This document shows positions 1 through 13,094 of a stretch of 64,000 nucleotides of DNA, piece after piece. Every line of letters starts with the position of its first letter. The first letter of the stretch is position 1. The stretch spans positions 43,462,001-43,526,000 of the forward strand of contig OX597834.1 of the NCBI GenBank assembly GCA_951406725.2, written 5' to 3'. The stretch is from Octopus vulgaris. Taxonomy: Eukaryota. The position numbers and the translations under genes are program-made. Below the pieces are notes generated by a model, which was given only the letters and a program-made list of their open reading frames with translations, had not been told where the DNA came from and ran no database searches.

Positions 1-26
1 TTGTTGATATAAATAACTAGAACAAA

Positions 27-258
27 GCGGCGAGCTGGCAGAAACGGTAGCACGCCGGGCGAAATGACTAGCGGTAGTTCGTCTGCCGCTACGTTCTGAG
101 TTCAAATTACGCCGAGGTCGACTTTGCCTTTCATCCTTTCGGGGTCGATTAAATAAGTACTAGTTACGAACTGGAGTCGATATAATCGACTTAATCCGTT
201 TTTATGTCCTTATTTGTCCTCTCTGTGTTTAGCCCCTTGTGGGTAGTATAGAATTAGG
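27..258 (+). mobile_element. SINE family A (tRNA-like head, Meta/MESC-like central domain), full length
   Basis: GCGGCGAGCTGGCAGAA head, box B-like GAGTTCAAATT, central GCCTTTCATCCTTTCGGGGTCGAT..AAGTAC motif; about 20 homologous copies in the window. Confidence 0.9.
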
Positions 259-259
259 T

Positions 260-587
260 TCTGCTTTCCTAAGTCTGCGACCTATTACGAAACTGGAAAC
301 TTTGAGTTGGGTTGTCTCTGAATCCTGTCCGCAAGGTGGAGAGGGACTGTGAGGTGTGGTGCAAGACTTTTCGGACCTAAGATTTCAGTTTGCGCAATCG
401 ACATGAGGCTAATATCCGAGTATCCGAGCCCGGCCGAGTAGGAAGGCACCGCGACGAGCATGGAAGCCACAGGCCCGAACCGGGTTCTAGGTCACTGTGG
501 GTGCAATAACCTCATGTACGAGAATTGCATGGGCAATGATCAGTTACGGTCTCCTCAGTCACGTGTGGACATCTATCACAATCATCA
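260..587 (+). other. GC-richer unique segment, possibly a decayed LINE 3' end
   Basis: Higher GC than flanks and ends in ATCATCAT before a microsatellite; no convincing protein motif. Confidence 0.2.
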
Positions 588-789
588 TGTATGCATGCAT
601 GCATGCACGTATGTATGTATGTATGTATGTATGTATGTGTCTATTCTGCTTGAAGCAGAATTTTGCACAACGGATAAAGAACAATGAACCTCATACATTG
701 TTAACTAACCATTTATAAGTTATATTCTGTAATACGTTGAGTTCAGAATAATGGCTTCAAATCTTTGCACAAGGTCAGCAATTATGAAT

Positions 790-916
790 TGCTGACCTCG
801 GCTGGAAGTGAAGTACATACACCCAAGTGCTTAACTTTGAAATCAGAGCGTAATATCAGGAGAAAAGCCGCTACGCATTTAGCCCGGCGCCGTAACAATT
901 CTGCCTGCTAACCGCT
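790..916 (-). mobile_element. degenerate SINE family A fragment
   Basis: GACCTCGGC..., CCGCTACGCATTTAGCCCGGCG match the reverse complement of family A. Confidence 0.6.
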
Positions 917-934
917 TATTGACTATTGAATGAT

Positions 935-1080
935 GAGCGGACATATTGGATAAGTTAGTCTTAGAAAATCCTAAGAAGTAGGGACGGCCACGGTAGGCTG
1001 GAATGTCTTTCATCAAAGATCTCTTAGATCTGCTTCGTTACAACTTGTCTGGGACTAAACAACATCTACAACAAGAACAA
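935..1080 (+). mobile_element. old SINE family E 3' portion with (AAC)n tail
   Basis: GGACATATTGGATAA...GGCTGGAATGTCTTT.ATCA...GGGACTAAACAAC; similar blocks recur at 18.5, 37.6-38.1, 45.5 and 63.0 kb. Confidence 0.5.
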
Positions 1081-1699
1081 CACCGAAGGCGACGACGAAG
1101 GTAAAAATAACAAAAGCAATTACTTGAACACCATAACAAGAGTACAGACCTCACCAGACCATTATGGTAATATCATAACAGTCATTATCACTTAGACTAC
1201 CCCCAACATCGCCCCCCCCCAACTCTGACACTCACGTCATCAACCTAAATCACAACACCCCGACACAATAACCTTACACAACCACCAACAGCACCAGCAT
1301 CACCGTTTATTCTACGCTACCAATACCAACGGCAGAATGTTATTCGCACTCCGAAGAATAAGATATACAGAAAAAACATATACTGTTTGACACAATTGTA
1401 ATTTATCTGTTTGAAGAAATTGCGTACATTAAATGGAGGTAAACAATATGATTTGCAAACATAAGCCACGACTGGTGAAATGACATCGAAGTGCTAATGG
1501 TTGTGTTTAGTGCCCAGCAAACATTTCTTTCAATGGTAGTCATCCTGTCTTCATTTCCTGCATTTGATTCCCTTTCATCTTTCACTGCAGACCTTAACGC
1601 TGTTTGCTTTCAACCACTTTACTTTCTCAATCTCAGCCTCGTTTCCATTTGTCTTCTTTCATAAATCACTGCATGGAAACTGGTTACGTACGAACGTAC

Positions 1700-2095
1700 A
1701 CCACAACACGTGCATACACGAAAATATACAGACACATGTGTGTGTATGTACACGCACGCATATATGGACAACACAGACGTACATACATACACACACACAC
1801 GCAATCACAAATATACTTACACTTACACACGCAGATACAGATATACAGATTCACTGCCAAGCATGCATTCAGATACAAGACAACACTGACTCGATAAAAA
1901 CCGCACGCATAAGAGAATATTTACATCCGCTCACACATATATAAATACACAGATGCAGTGTATTTACTCTCATACACATACACTCATACACACATATGCA
2001 TATATATGTATACACACACGTATATATATGTATATATTTCTATATATCTGAATATATATATAGGTGTATGTATCTATTTTATATGTATTTATTTG

Positions 2096-2132
<37 letters not shown>

Positions 2133-2245
2133 GTTTGTATGTATGTATGTATGCACTCAAATATGTAAGTAGTTATGTACAACATGTACAGATGTGTGTG
2201 TACGAAGGAGATGATACAAACTCATACATGAATGTATACACATAG
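1700..2245. repeat. compound (CA)n/(TA)n/(TATG)n microsatellite
   Basis: Direct inspection. Confidence 0.9.
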
Positions 2246-2884
2246 ATAAACAGCAAGAGAAACACGGCGAAATATTGGACAACGAAAGCGTATCTAATGG
2301 ACAGCTCGAAGAACTAGAAATAAACCACATCTCATAACACATACCAGTGACTCAAAAAATGGAAGGACATATTAGAGATCGTACTCATAGCTGCGATATT
2401 GTCTACAAAAAGGAATTAGTTGTAGATGAAACGTTTTTGATCAAATATAAATTGAGATGGGCCTAAAACAAAAACTGATTTAACTGCATCAATCTTTTGT
2501 GGTATCTGTTTTGGAGACGTTTGCTCGCGATTCTTACACTCTTGCATAGCTCCGTAGTTAAGAACATCGTTTGGCAACTACGCGCATCCGGATGGGATCC
2601 AACTGGACGGCTCATTATCAGGAGTCTTTTGTTTATAGTCATGACTGTGCTAGGTGTTTCTGGATGGAAATTATATGAAGGTACATGGTGAGTGAATGAG
2701 TGAGAGAGAGAGAGAAAGGGAGAGGAGGAAAGAGCGAAGGAGACAGAACAAGAGATTGCGACTGTATACGTATATGCGTGTGCAAGATTGTGTGTGAGTA
2801 AGACTGGGAGAGACACAGTGTTTGTGTGAAAGAGAAAGGGAGATAAAGAGAGAAAGAGGAAATACCGTTCACAGTTTAATATTC

Positions 2885-3655
2885 ATTTGGCACAAGGCCG
2901 GCATTTCTTTGAAGAGGAGAAATGTATACCCGCACCAGTGTTCAACAAGTACTTTATTTTATCGACCCCGAAAGAATGAATATCAAAGTAGAGCTCGGCG
3001 GAATTTGAGGTTAGACCGCAAGGACGGAAAAAATGTCACTAAGCATTTTGCCCGGCGTGTTAAACGATTCTCTCAGTTCGCAGCCATATTCTACGAGAAA
3101 ATATTGATTTTTAGCAGGAATTTCCGTGGGGGTGCTATATCGATTATATCGGCCCTAGTGTTTGACTGGTTCGTGTTTTATTGACCCCGAAAGTATGAAA
3201 GGAAAAGTTTGAACTCATTTTACCCAGCATGTTAACGATTCTGCCACTTCGCCGACTTAATCTACGAGAAAATATAAATTTTAAAGTTTAGCACAGGGCC
3301 AGAAATGTCTGGGTAAGGTATTAGTCGATTATATCGACTCTATTGTTTATGAACCCCCAAAAGATGAAATACACTTTGAACTCATTTTGCCGGCGTGGTA
3401 AATCTTCTACCAGCTTGCCGCCTAATAAACGAGAAAATATTCCTTTCTACTCTAGACTCAAGGCCTGAAATTCTGGCGGAAGGAGCCAGTCGATTGGAGC
3501 GACCCCAGTACGCATCTGGTACTTAATTTATCGACTCCGAAAGGATGAAAGGCAAAATCGACCTCAGTGGAATTTGAACTCAGAACGTAAAAACAGACGA
3601 AATAGCGGTAAGCATTTCGCCCGGCGTGCTAACGGTTCTGCCAGCTCATCTCCTT
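2885..3655 (-). mobile_element. stack of four head-to-tail SINE family A copies
   Basis: Four units (about 2885-3085, 3106-3258, 3280-3424, 3442-3655), each followed by an ACGAGAAAATA-like spacer. Confidence 0.8.
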
Positions 3656-3683
3656 TCAATGAGAAAATAATAATAATTCGTTA

Positions 3684-3888
3684 GGCGGTGAACTGGCATC
3701 ACGCCCAACAAAATGCTTAGCAAGTTTTCCGTCCTTACGTTATGAGTTCAAATTCCACCGAGGTCGATTTAGATTCTCATCATTTCGGGGTCGATAAAAT
3801 AAGTACCGTTTGGTAACTGGAAAGGATGTAATCGATTTAGTCCCTCCCCCGAAATAGCTGGCTCTGAACGAAACTTTCGAAGCCAATA
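3684..3888 (+). mobile_element. SINE family A copy, head-to-head with the stack
   Basis: GGCGGTGAACTGGCA head, GAGTTCAAATTCCACCGAGGTCG, GGGGTCGATAAAATAAGTACC. Confidence 0.8.
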
Positions 3889-4424
3889 TAAATTCTTTGA
3901 TGATGGCTTTCCAATCTCTTATCAATGAAATAATTAATACAACATCCCCAAATTACAGTAATGCATAATTACACTTCGATTTATTCTCACACTAAGTGCT
4001 AACACCGAAACTTAAAATTTTGCACTAGTTGACATTCATAAATAGTCGAAAAACTGAAAGCATGGAGTGGCGAAAAATTAGAACTTTTGTTTCAAATGAA
4101 TTGATAAAAATCTATCGGATTTATCAAGTCATTATTGTTTTGTTTATTAACCTCAAACACACACATACTTACATACGACATACACGCGCACACCTCCCCC
4201 ACATATATGTGTTTATTTGTGTGTGTGTCGGGGGGGGGGGGGGCGTGTGTGCGTGTGCGTGTATTTGTAGTGTAGTGTATGTATTTATAGAACCGTGTAG
4301 CTCTCACAGAGAGGCGTTCTAATGGACTCATTAGATGGGGAAGGGATCGAAACGGCGGTAACACAAGGAATATGAAATAGTTAAATATATCCACTTTTCA
4401 TACCATCTGAATTTTTATGGCATT

Positions 4425-4460
<36 letters not shown>

Positions 4461-4622
4461 CTCACACATACACAAACACGCACCATACACACACAAATAA
4501 AGGATGCATCTTAACTTGCAGTTTTTAAAGATACTCAGATTTAGTCGTTGCGTCTATATTTAGCGTCAAATTGCATATCACTTCCGTTTATACACACTTA
4601 AAAGCACGCACAAACAATCACA

Positions 4623-4674
<52 letters not shown>

Positions 4675-4805
4675 ACAGATACACGAACATATGTACGCAC
4701 AGCATGCATGTATGTGTGTTTATGTGTGGGTAGTCGCTTGTTTTGTGAGGTTCTGTAGACATGCACTTTTAATACATAATGTCGATATAATATTGGTTAT
4801 TTACT

Positions 4806-4942
4806 TGAGTTCAAATTCCGCCGAGGTCGACTTTTCCTTTCATGCTTTTGGGGTCGATAAATAAAGTACTACTTACGATCTAATCGACTGGCACCCTCTC
4901 CAAAAATTCCGGGTTTTGTTCCAAGAGTAGAAAAAGATATTG
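4806..4942 (+). mobile_element. 5'-truncated SINE family A
   Basis: GAGTTCAAATTCCGCCGAGGTCGAC...GGGGTCGATAAA...AGTAGAAAAAG. Confidence 0.75.
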
Positions 4943-5018
4943 ATTATTTACCTATACATTGCTCTGTATTTTATATGTAAGTATTCTATGTATGTGTATG
5001 TATGTATATGCGGACGTA

Positions 5019-5282
5019 TGTATTAAGCCAGAAAGTAGACATAACAAGGTTGGTGTTCTAGACTGCAGAAAGCTCAACAGGAACCAGGGACCCTTGGTGT
5101 TTTTCAAGCTAACTATATAAACCCGCTGCTCTTCTGAGCCTGATCTTGCAATTTCCTTGATAGTGAGAGTCGGTGTGGTGCGTGTGCAAAATGCACCCGA
5201 CATAAAAATCTTGCATTGGGGTTGCTAACTCTGAACACCTGACGGCGACGTTCGTACACATCTAGCGAGTGTACACCTTTCA
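5019..5282 (+). mobile_element. possible solo LTR
   Basis: TG...CA-bounded 264-bp unique segment inside a (TATG)n tract, TATATAAA box near 5115, flanks CGTA/TGTA. Confidence 0.3.
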
Positions 5283-5686
5283 TGTATGTATGTATGCATG
5301 TATGTAGGCATGTGTGTATGTATCTATCTATATATCTATCTATCTATCTATATATATATCTACTTATCTATCGTATGTGTTACGTGTATAAAAAGTATAA
5401 CTCTCTCTATGTATATATCTCTATATGCATATACATGTATATAATTATATATAGTTTTATGTGTGTGCATGTGTGTGTTTGTGTGTGTGCGTGTGTGTGT
5501 ATGTGCATAAAAATCGTTTGAATGTTTTATCTTCGTCACACCTCATTAAAACATCTCAAATTGACGTCGTAGAAATAATGTATTCAGACAAAAGAAATCT
5601 ACATACATACTTACATTCACACACACAAACACACACATACAATACAGCCACACATACAATACAGACACATATACATACATACATAA

Positions 5687-5737
<51 letters not shown>

Positions 5738-5960
5738 TTGAGATAGATACAAAGATAGAAAGATAAATAGATAGACAGATTAATGCAAATTTAGATAAAA
5801 TGTATATATGCATATCTGATATCTACATATATCGAAAGCTTTATATGTATGCATGTTCACATGCCCATTCACACACCACACCAAACAGTCACAACACATA
5901 CACACATACACGTGTATACACACACGTAGAAACACACGCAGGCATGTATAATTTTAACGA
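5283..5960. repeat. compound microsatellite block
   Basis: (TATG)n, (TCTA)n, (TG)n, (CA)n and (TA)n tracts. Confidence 0.85.
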
Positions 5961-6414
5961 AAATATGTATTCATTCTTTTGTGTATAAAAGTCCTGCAAA
6001 TGTGTTTTTGCCTACGATCATACATATATTTAGATGATTAATACAACTTCAATTACTGTTATATATAAATGATTGCAAGTGCTTTGTATATTAAAACTGT
6101 TGATACAGTCACACTGGCTTACAAACAAACTGTGTCCATCAGCTCAACTTAATTGCCAATAATCTAAACCATAGTGTTTTATGTCTGTCTATAAGTTGCG
6201 ACGGAAATATTAAAATATTTACACAAAAAAACTCGGCACATTGCTTTGATGTGAATGTATGAATTGAATTATAATCAATACAACTAATTTAGCTCTTCTT
6301 GAGTTGACTGACCGACCTAGATGTACCAGATATAACGGTAATTTCATATATGTCTGTGCGTGTGTGCAATTATTTCTTCATATATTATATGACAATATAT
6401 ATATATATTATATG

Positions 6415-6454
<40 letters not shown>

Positions 6455-6752
6455 CTTTTAAGTGCAACTTCTGAAAGGAATAAATATTCCATTCTGGAAA
6501 TGTAGTTATATAAATTGTAGAGAGTTAGACCTAATACGTTATCGCGCTGTGTCTCTCGTTGCCGATCTTCAGAAAATAACGAAAAATTTATTATTGAAAT
6601 ATCAAGAAACAATGAAATAGCGATAAAATATCAGAACATAGAAATGTGTTTCAGAATATTGTGGATATATTCTAAAAGAAAAGAAAATGTGACAATAAAA
6701 TATTATGAATTACAGTAGTGGGAAAGTAATTACAGCAGGTACTTAGATTGCG

Positions 6753-7641
6753 CTAATTGACGTACCCGGTAATTCCCGAGAAAGCGGGGATTATCCCTTG
6801 GTTCTGTTCTCATAATTCTTTCGCTAATCCAATAACAATACAAACTATGTAGCCATTAAAACAGTTTTTGTGCATTTACAGAGAATATCGAACTGTCTTA
6901 CGCAGGATCTTGTTTTTAGAAATTCCCAATAAGTTATGAACACCAAAACTGGGAAGTCAGTTGTGTAATAATATCGAGTTGGTTACTCGATAGTAAGATT
7001 CAAAGAAAGTAGAGCCAAAAAGGGCTTTAATGCGTTCCCAGAGTATATAAAACTTAAGAGAAATTTGCTTATAAGTTATGTATACTAAAATCGTGAATCA
7101 TCTTACGTAATAACAGGCGAATCAGATATGAGATAATACCAATCAAAGTAAATAACTCTGAAAAATGCTTTAGTGTGTTCCCAGAGAATATTACACTCAG
7201 CGGTGCTAGTGTTGGTATATTCGTGAATAATTCATTAAGCGAAATTATTGACTCTTTTGTTTTGGAAAATACGATTTACTTGTTTAAGGGTTGTAGTCGA
7301 TAAATTGCGAAACTAACTCTAGCAGTTCAAATACTAAGAAATAAGCATACTCAATTATTCATACCAGATAATTTAGGAAAATGAATAGGATATTTCTCTT
7401 AGCTATATATAAGAATCCCTTCCAGGGGGAATGGGTTATTTCCCTTGGCTGTTAACAGAAATTATATTAGATATATATAAGGTTCTCTCCAATAATCTGA
7501 GAAAGCTATGAAGTTTCCAGACGTGAGTCCTACTCACGTGTCAAGTTTCCTCAAAATCGATAAAACGATGTAGAAGGAGTTAGCTAACAACTCCGCAAAC
7601 AGACACACACACAGAAATTCCCACATATGCAGTTGATTAGA
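6753..7641 (-). mobile_element. non-autonomous Helitron-like element with internal tandem repeats
   Basis: Minus strand starts TCTAAT and ends CTCGGG-AATTA-CCGGG hairpin followed by TTAG (CTAG variant); AAGTTTCCTCAAAATCG..ACAGACAC segment typical of these elements; 140-160 bp tandem units at about 6878-7200. Confidence 0.6.
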
Positions 7642-8857
7642 ATCTGTAAAATATTTCCAAGGAAACATTGTAGAATGCATTTTACTTCAGAATTATTTTA
7701 TTTCTGGGTATGTATTCGGAAACCTTATGTCTGGAGTTTTCTTTTAATTGAATAATAACCGATTAATTTCTTCTGTTAATATTGTCTTCAAATGACGTGA
7801 CTAATCATAGTTTGCAGTGTAAATTTGAAAGCAAACTACCAGGAATTGCAACATTCATTGTCATGGACAGGTTTTGACCAGTTGATCTAAAATAAAAACT
7901 TAATTTTAAGAACTAGAACTACATATGCTCACAAATGATTCTACAGCTGTTTCTAAAACGCGTATATATGTTAATACCCATGGATTTGAAAGACGTTCTG
8001 GTTCAATTTCATCTAAATCCTGGGTAGATTATTATTGCGTTGAAATAGTATATATTCACGGTTTATATTGGAATTATCGGAATTGCCTTTATTTTTGGCA
8101 GTACCGTTTCCATTGAATGAGAAATACATATTTAACAAGCTTCATTGCTTCACAGTCTGTGAAAGAAGTAATATAGATATGAATTAAACTGGTATACATG
8201 ATGCAATTTATAAAAGTACAGATAAATGTAATGCAGAGCTCTAATCAAAAGTAAATCTTCAGGATTATAGAAAGAAATTTATATGCTTAGCTCGGCACTA
8301 TCTAATTGTAAGAACCAGCTTTCTTATCAACTCAGACGATTTAAATGCATCGAAAATTAAATAATTCTTGCATACTGTTAATCTGTTAACTATAACGGCG
8401 CCTCTCAAAGAACACTCCACCTTCACAAGACAAAAGCTAATTCTCACTCAAATGAAGGGACTTGTTAGCTATCGTGGCGAAAGAAATATTTTACCCTGCA
8501 TTTCCAAAGAAACGAAATTCATATTGTAAAGTGTTGGGCTCGGCATTAAAAAAAGAAATGGTCACAGATGAAATATCTTTCAAGCTTTATCTAATTACAC
8601 AGGCTACATGTGACTTGGTAATGTCAACTCGAACAGCAGAGAACAAAGACACTAAAGACACGCGTGCGGGTTCCTGCGTCTGTAACTGTAAAGTTAATAT
8701 CCAATAGTTACTCTCGATACAGACTTATTCTTCGCAATGAATTCTTTCATATATTTCTGCAACATATGAGTTTAAAAGTTTACCGAATATGGAGAATATA
8801 TCGCATCGTTAATGGCATAACAAAACTCACGCAAGAAGTCGTCTCCTGTGCTCAACA

Positions 8858-8896
8858 CACACCTATACATACATACATACATACATACATACATAC

Positions 8897-8927
<31 letters not shown>

Positions 8928-8929
8928 CA

Positions 8930-8962
<33 letters not shown>

Positions 8963-9368
8963 GCATACATACATAAATTTATACATACATATATTTGTAC
9001 ATACATACATTTATACATACTTATATATAAATATATGCTTGTATATATGTATATATATATACATATATTTATATATATACACATACATGTATATACACAC
9101 TCATACATATACATACATGCATATATATATACATATACATGCATATATATATTCATATATATATATATACATACATGTATGCATACATATATACATATAT
9201 ATATGCATATATATATTTATATATGTGTATGTGAGTATATATATACTTTATGTATATGCATGTATATATGTCTATATGTATATATACACACACATATATA
9301 TATATATATACATATATATGTACATATATATGTATATATACATATATATTTATATATATACATACATA

Positions 9369-9407
<39 letters not shown>

Positions 9408-9420
9408 GATATATGTATGC
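8858..9420. repeat. (CATA)n/(TA)n microsatellite block
   Basis: Direct inspection; accounts for the 284-aa spurious ORF 8664-9518. Confidence 0.95.
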
Positions 9421-9799
9421 ATTATTTATTCCCCCTGTTCGGTTTTGTAAGTCAAGTGAAAATAATCGTGTTAGATTCTGAACGTTTCCTTGCTAACTAC
9501 GCACAACTATTGGGTTAAATGACTTTATTATCAAATTATATGACATTATCTGTCCCGCCGTATAACATGTTGCAACATTACTATTAATTTACTGCGCTTT
9601 ATGTCTTTATGCTTTGTTGTTCTACCGTTCTTTTCTCGTCTTCCATATTTTGTATCTCTCTCATTCTTTCGTTCTCTCTCTTTCTCTTTTAGTCGTAGAA
9701 ATTCTCTCGTAAATTTTTTCTCATCCCTTATGGCTATCAATTATTCTCACTTCCTCTCCATGCTTCTCTTACTCTTTATCCTGCACTTACTCTGTGCCA

Positions 9800-10135
9800 C
9801 TATGTGTGTATATATATTTACATAAAAACCTACAAACATGCATGTATACATACATACGTACGTACGTACGTACATACATACATACATACATACATACATA
9901 CGTACGTACGTACGTACGTACATGTACGCAACTATTTCTACATACAAACATGTATATTTATATATCTATTTATACTCACAAACACACACACACACACATA
10001 TACACACATATATATATATATATATTTATACACATACAAAGATATATATATGAATATATACATATATATGTGTGTATGTATGTATGTATATTTATATATG
10101 TATTTATACTCACACACACATACATACACACACAC

Positions 10136-10186
<51 letters not shown>

Positions 10187-10295
10187 CATATATATTTATA
10201 CACATACACACATATATATAAATATATACATATATATGTGTGTATGTATTATGTATGTATGTATGTATGTATGTATGTATGTATGTATGCATAGC
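9800..10295. repeat. compound (CGTA)n/(CATA)n/(TA)n/(TATG)n microsatellite
   Basis: Direct inspection. Confidence 0.95.
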
Positions 10296-10989
10296 TATGC
10301 ACTTTTACAGCTTTATACATAAGAAAATTTATAAGTATGTGTTTGGATAATTATCATTCGATTACTAGATATGCGTTATATGCCATTTTGTATTTCTTTC
10401 TTTGAGTTCTCTAACATTTATTGTCCAACAACTATTATTCAAATAATATCTAAATGTACGACCAATTCTTTCCTGATAATTATTATAGCCATATTCTTTA
10501 AATATCAAAGAGTTATACTCTTTTTTATCATTATCCTCGTTTATTATTTTTCTTTCATATTTCGGTTCGATTTATCTCTGATCATGATGTGCAGTTGGTA
10601 GAGTCTTTAGCCAATATATTAAAACGAACGTAACAGATTGACATTTGTTTGATAATCGATACAGTTAACCTTGATCGATGACTGGCGTAGATTTAATCGG
10701 CCGCATTTTAACACCAAATTATGGTCATACGTTTGATGCTGTTCATACACCCAGCGAACATCTTCAACTGTGTAAAATATAAGAATTAACAAAAAGACAG
10801 ACGAATAAACTCTCCGATAAATTTACATTTAACGGGTTCGCTGAGTAGCACGACAAAATAACAGACGGGCGATACGATCATGGAATTAGAAAAAGCACCA
10901 CTAACATTCAGTATCTTTATCGATACTAACCACGTAAATCTTTCATTGTTGTCTGCAGAGATAAACTCGTAATTCAAGCAAAGGAAATA

Positions 10990-11924
10990 TATTGGGTCAT
11001 CCCATAAATATTGTGGGGGTTTTTTTTCAATTGCATGAACTGAAATTCGGAGTGGGACGGAATAAACAGCTTGCATCAAGTTGCTATAATTGCGATATTA
11101 ATTTTACCTTCTACTTATTCTTAGTGTAAGTTTTGAAGAGTGCAGTTCGAATTTAACAATTATCTCTGTAAACTTATAATAGAAGTGACAAGGAACATAT
11201 TCAGCACATTTTGCTTCATGGGTTCAATAAAGACAACAACGCAACGAAAAGTGCAAGGAATATTAATGCAGTATATGTGGATCGGACAATAAGCGTAAAC
11301 CAGTGTCAACGGTGATTCCAGAAATTCCGAGCCGGAAACTACAGCCTAGAATATGACTCTCGTCCTGGAAGATTTGTAGAGCTCGGCGAAGACGTCCTGC
11401 AAGCCCTGATGGAACAAAATGCCATCGTTACTGTTGAGAAACTAGCAGAGAAGCTTCGATTTGATCATTCAACCATTCTTCGATACCTGTGGTAGTAGAA
11501 GAAGAATGGTCAACTTTGGTTTCAAAACGAAAGGTGTTCTTCCATCAGGATAATGCTCGGCCACATACAGTGAGGATGACATTCCAAAGGTTGGAACAGT
11601 TTGAATGAGAAACGATACTCCAGCCACTATATTCGCCGGACGTTGCCCTATCTAATTATCATTTATTCCGTAGTCTTGAAAATCATTTGGATGGAAAAAA
11701 TATGAACTTTGTAGATGAGGTCAGAATAGTACTGGAAGAGTATTTTTCGTCACAGACTAGTGCATTTCGGGAGAGGGTCCTTGCACGTCCACCATATATG
11801 ATGAAATAGCATTGTAGAAAAGGAAGGAGAGTATTTTTTAGATTAAGAAAGAACTTTGTTTTCTTAATTTTGAAAAATAAAAGACATATAAAAACAACTG
11901 CTTTATTCACGGGATGACCTAATA
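10990..11924 (+). mobile_element. mariner (Tc1/mariner) DNA transposon, internally deleted
   Basis: TIRs TATTGGGTCATCCCATAAATA (10990) and TATTCACGGGATGACCTAATA (ends 11924), including terminal TA; transposase remnant inside. Confidence 0.93.
11179..11846 (+). pseudogene. mariner transposase pseudogene
   Basis: Translates EVTRNIF..., QCQR*FQKFRAGNYSLE..SRPGR, then FFHQDNARPHT and YSPDVALSNYHLFRSLENHLDGK; ATG mutated to ATA; stops and frameshifts; WVPHEL/first-Asp region missing at a junction near 11490. Confidence 0.92.
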
Positions 11925-12371
11925 CAATATATGATAGTATATATATATATATATACAGTATCATAAATATGAGGGTAATAAATTATACCAGTGGTTAGCA
12001 CGCATAAATAAAAGTCATAAGACATAACATATTTTTATGATGTAGCTGTCATGTACGCGTGTATTCGGTACGAATTTGCAATTTCATACTTATTCATCAA
12101 TTAGCGATCGGGCTGATGGTCGACAGGCTCCGAATTAGTTTATTTTGTTCGTTCTAATGTTATAACATCGTGCCTCGTGAATTGTTTTTCTTTTGTGGTT
12201 TGAGCCTTAACTGAGCTTTTTAGCATGTAATGAGTCCTATCAAGGGTCTCCTCTCTGTGTATAAATGTTTTATACACTCTTATATTTTATATATATATTT
12301 ATGTATATATGTGTGTTTGTATATGTTTGGCCTCTATGGTAAATAAGAGATAAAGGAGAAACAAAAAGAAA

Positions 12372-12761
12372 TTATATATATATAAAGCTGAAGTTGTCTG
12401 TGTGGCAGGTTTGGTAGCCTTCAACTAACACTATCTCCTCCGAGATCCTGCGGTTCAAGTTGACCAAAATTGAGAATATGATAGAAGAAAGCTTGCTCTT
12501 CATTCCGTAGAAAAAAAAATTCAAATCGGTCCATGTTAACACCAAAAATTATTTACATCACAAAAGGTGCTTTTTTTCTATGAATATCCCTGTTTTTTAC
12601 GATGTTTTGACTGCTGTGTCGCCATTTTTCGGTATATTTCAACCAGAAAAATGTTCACTTAAAGAGAATAAGAAACTACTTAACGCACAATTTTTACTTT
12701 TCAAAAATTCCAATTCTCAAGGGTCGAAACAAACCCGAGCAACGTCGGGCGATACTGCTAG
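12372..12761 (+). mobile_element. non-autonomous Helitron
   Basis: Starts in TATATATATAAAG; ends with CCCGAGCAACGTCGGG hairpin (12734-12749) followed by CTAG|T, the canonical Helitron 3' end. Confidence 0.75.
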
Positions 12762-12911
12762 TCAGGAATAAAAAGGCAGAAATTAAGTACATACGAAAAA
12801 GCTAAGACTGAAATAAATAAATAAGATGAATCTTCGGCCGTGCTGACAGTGATATTTGGCAGAACTGAAGGAAAACCATTTTTTGGAAAAGAACAATCTA
12901 AATTCCCTTTC

Positions 12912-13092
12912 GGGAAACCGATGCTGGTGAGTTTACGTCCCCGTCACTTAGCTGTTCCGCAAAAGAGACCGTAGAATAAGTACTAGGCTTACAACGAATA
13001 AGTCCTGGGGTCGATTTCTTCGACTAATGGCGGTGCTCCAGCATGGCCGCAGTTAAATGACTGAAACAACTAAAAGAGTAAAAGAGAAAAGA
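12912..13092 (+). mobile_element. SINE family B 3' half
   Basis: TTTACGTCCCCGT..TAAGTACTAGGCTTACAA..GGCGGTGCTCCAGCATGGCCGCAG..TGACTGAAACAA..AAAAGAG, as in the copy at 52997-53370. Confidence 0.85.
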
Positions 13093-13094
13093 GT

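Noticed and set aside
2497-2691. 64-aa hydrophobic ORF ending near a GTGAGT donor-like site
   Set aside because: Non-ATG start, no clear acceptor, no recognisable homology
3091-3671. Regularly spaced short direct repeat resembling a CRISPR array
   Set aside because: Spacers are homologous SINE copies, the repeat is about 11-15 bp, there are no cas genes, and the DNA is eukaryotic
8664-9518. Longest ORF (284 aa) and the many other YI/HT/CV-rich ORFs
   Set aside because: Translations of (TA)n, (CATA)n and (CA)n microsatellites, open in several frames on both strands
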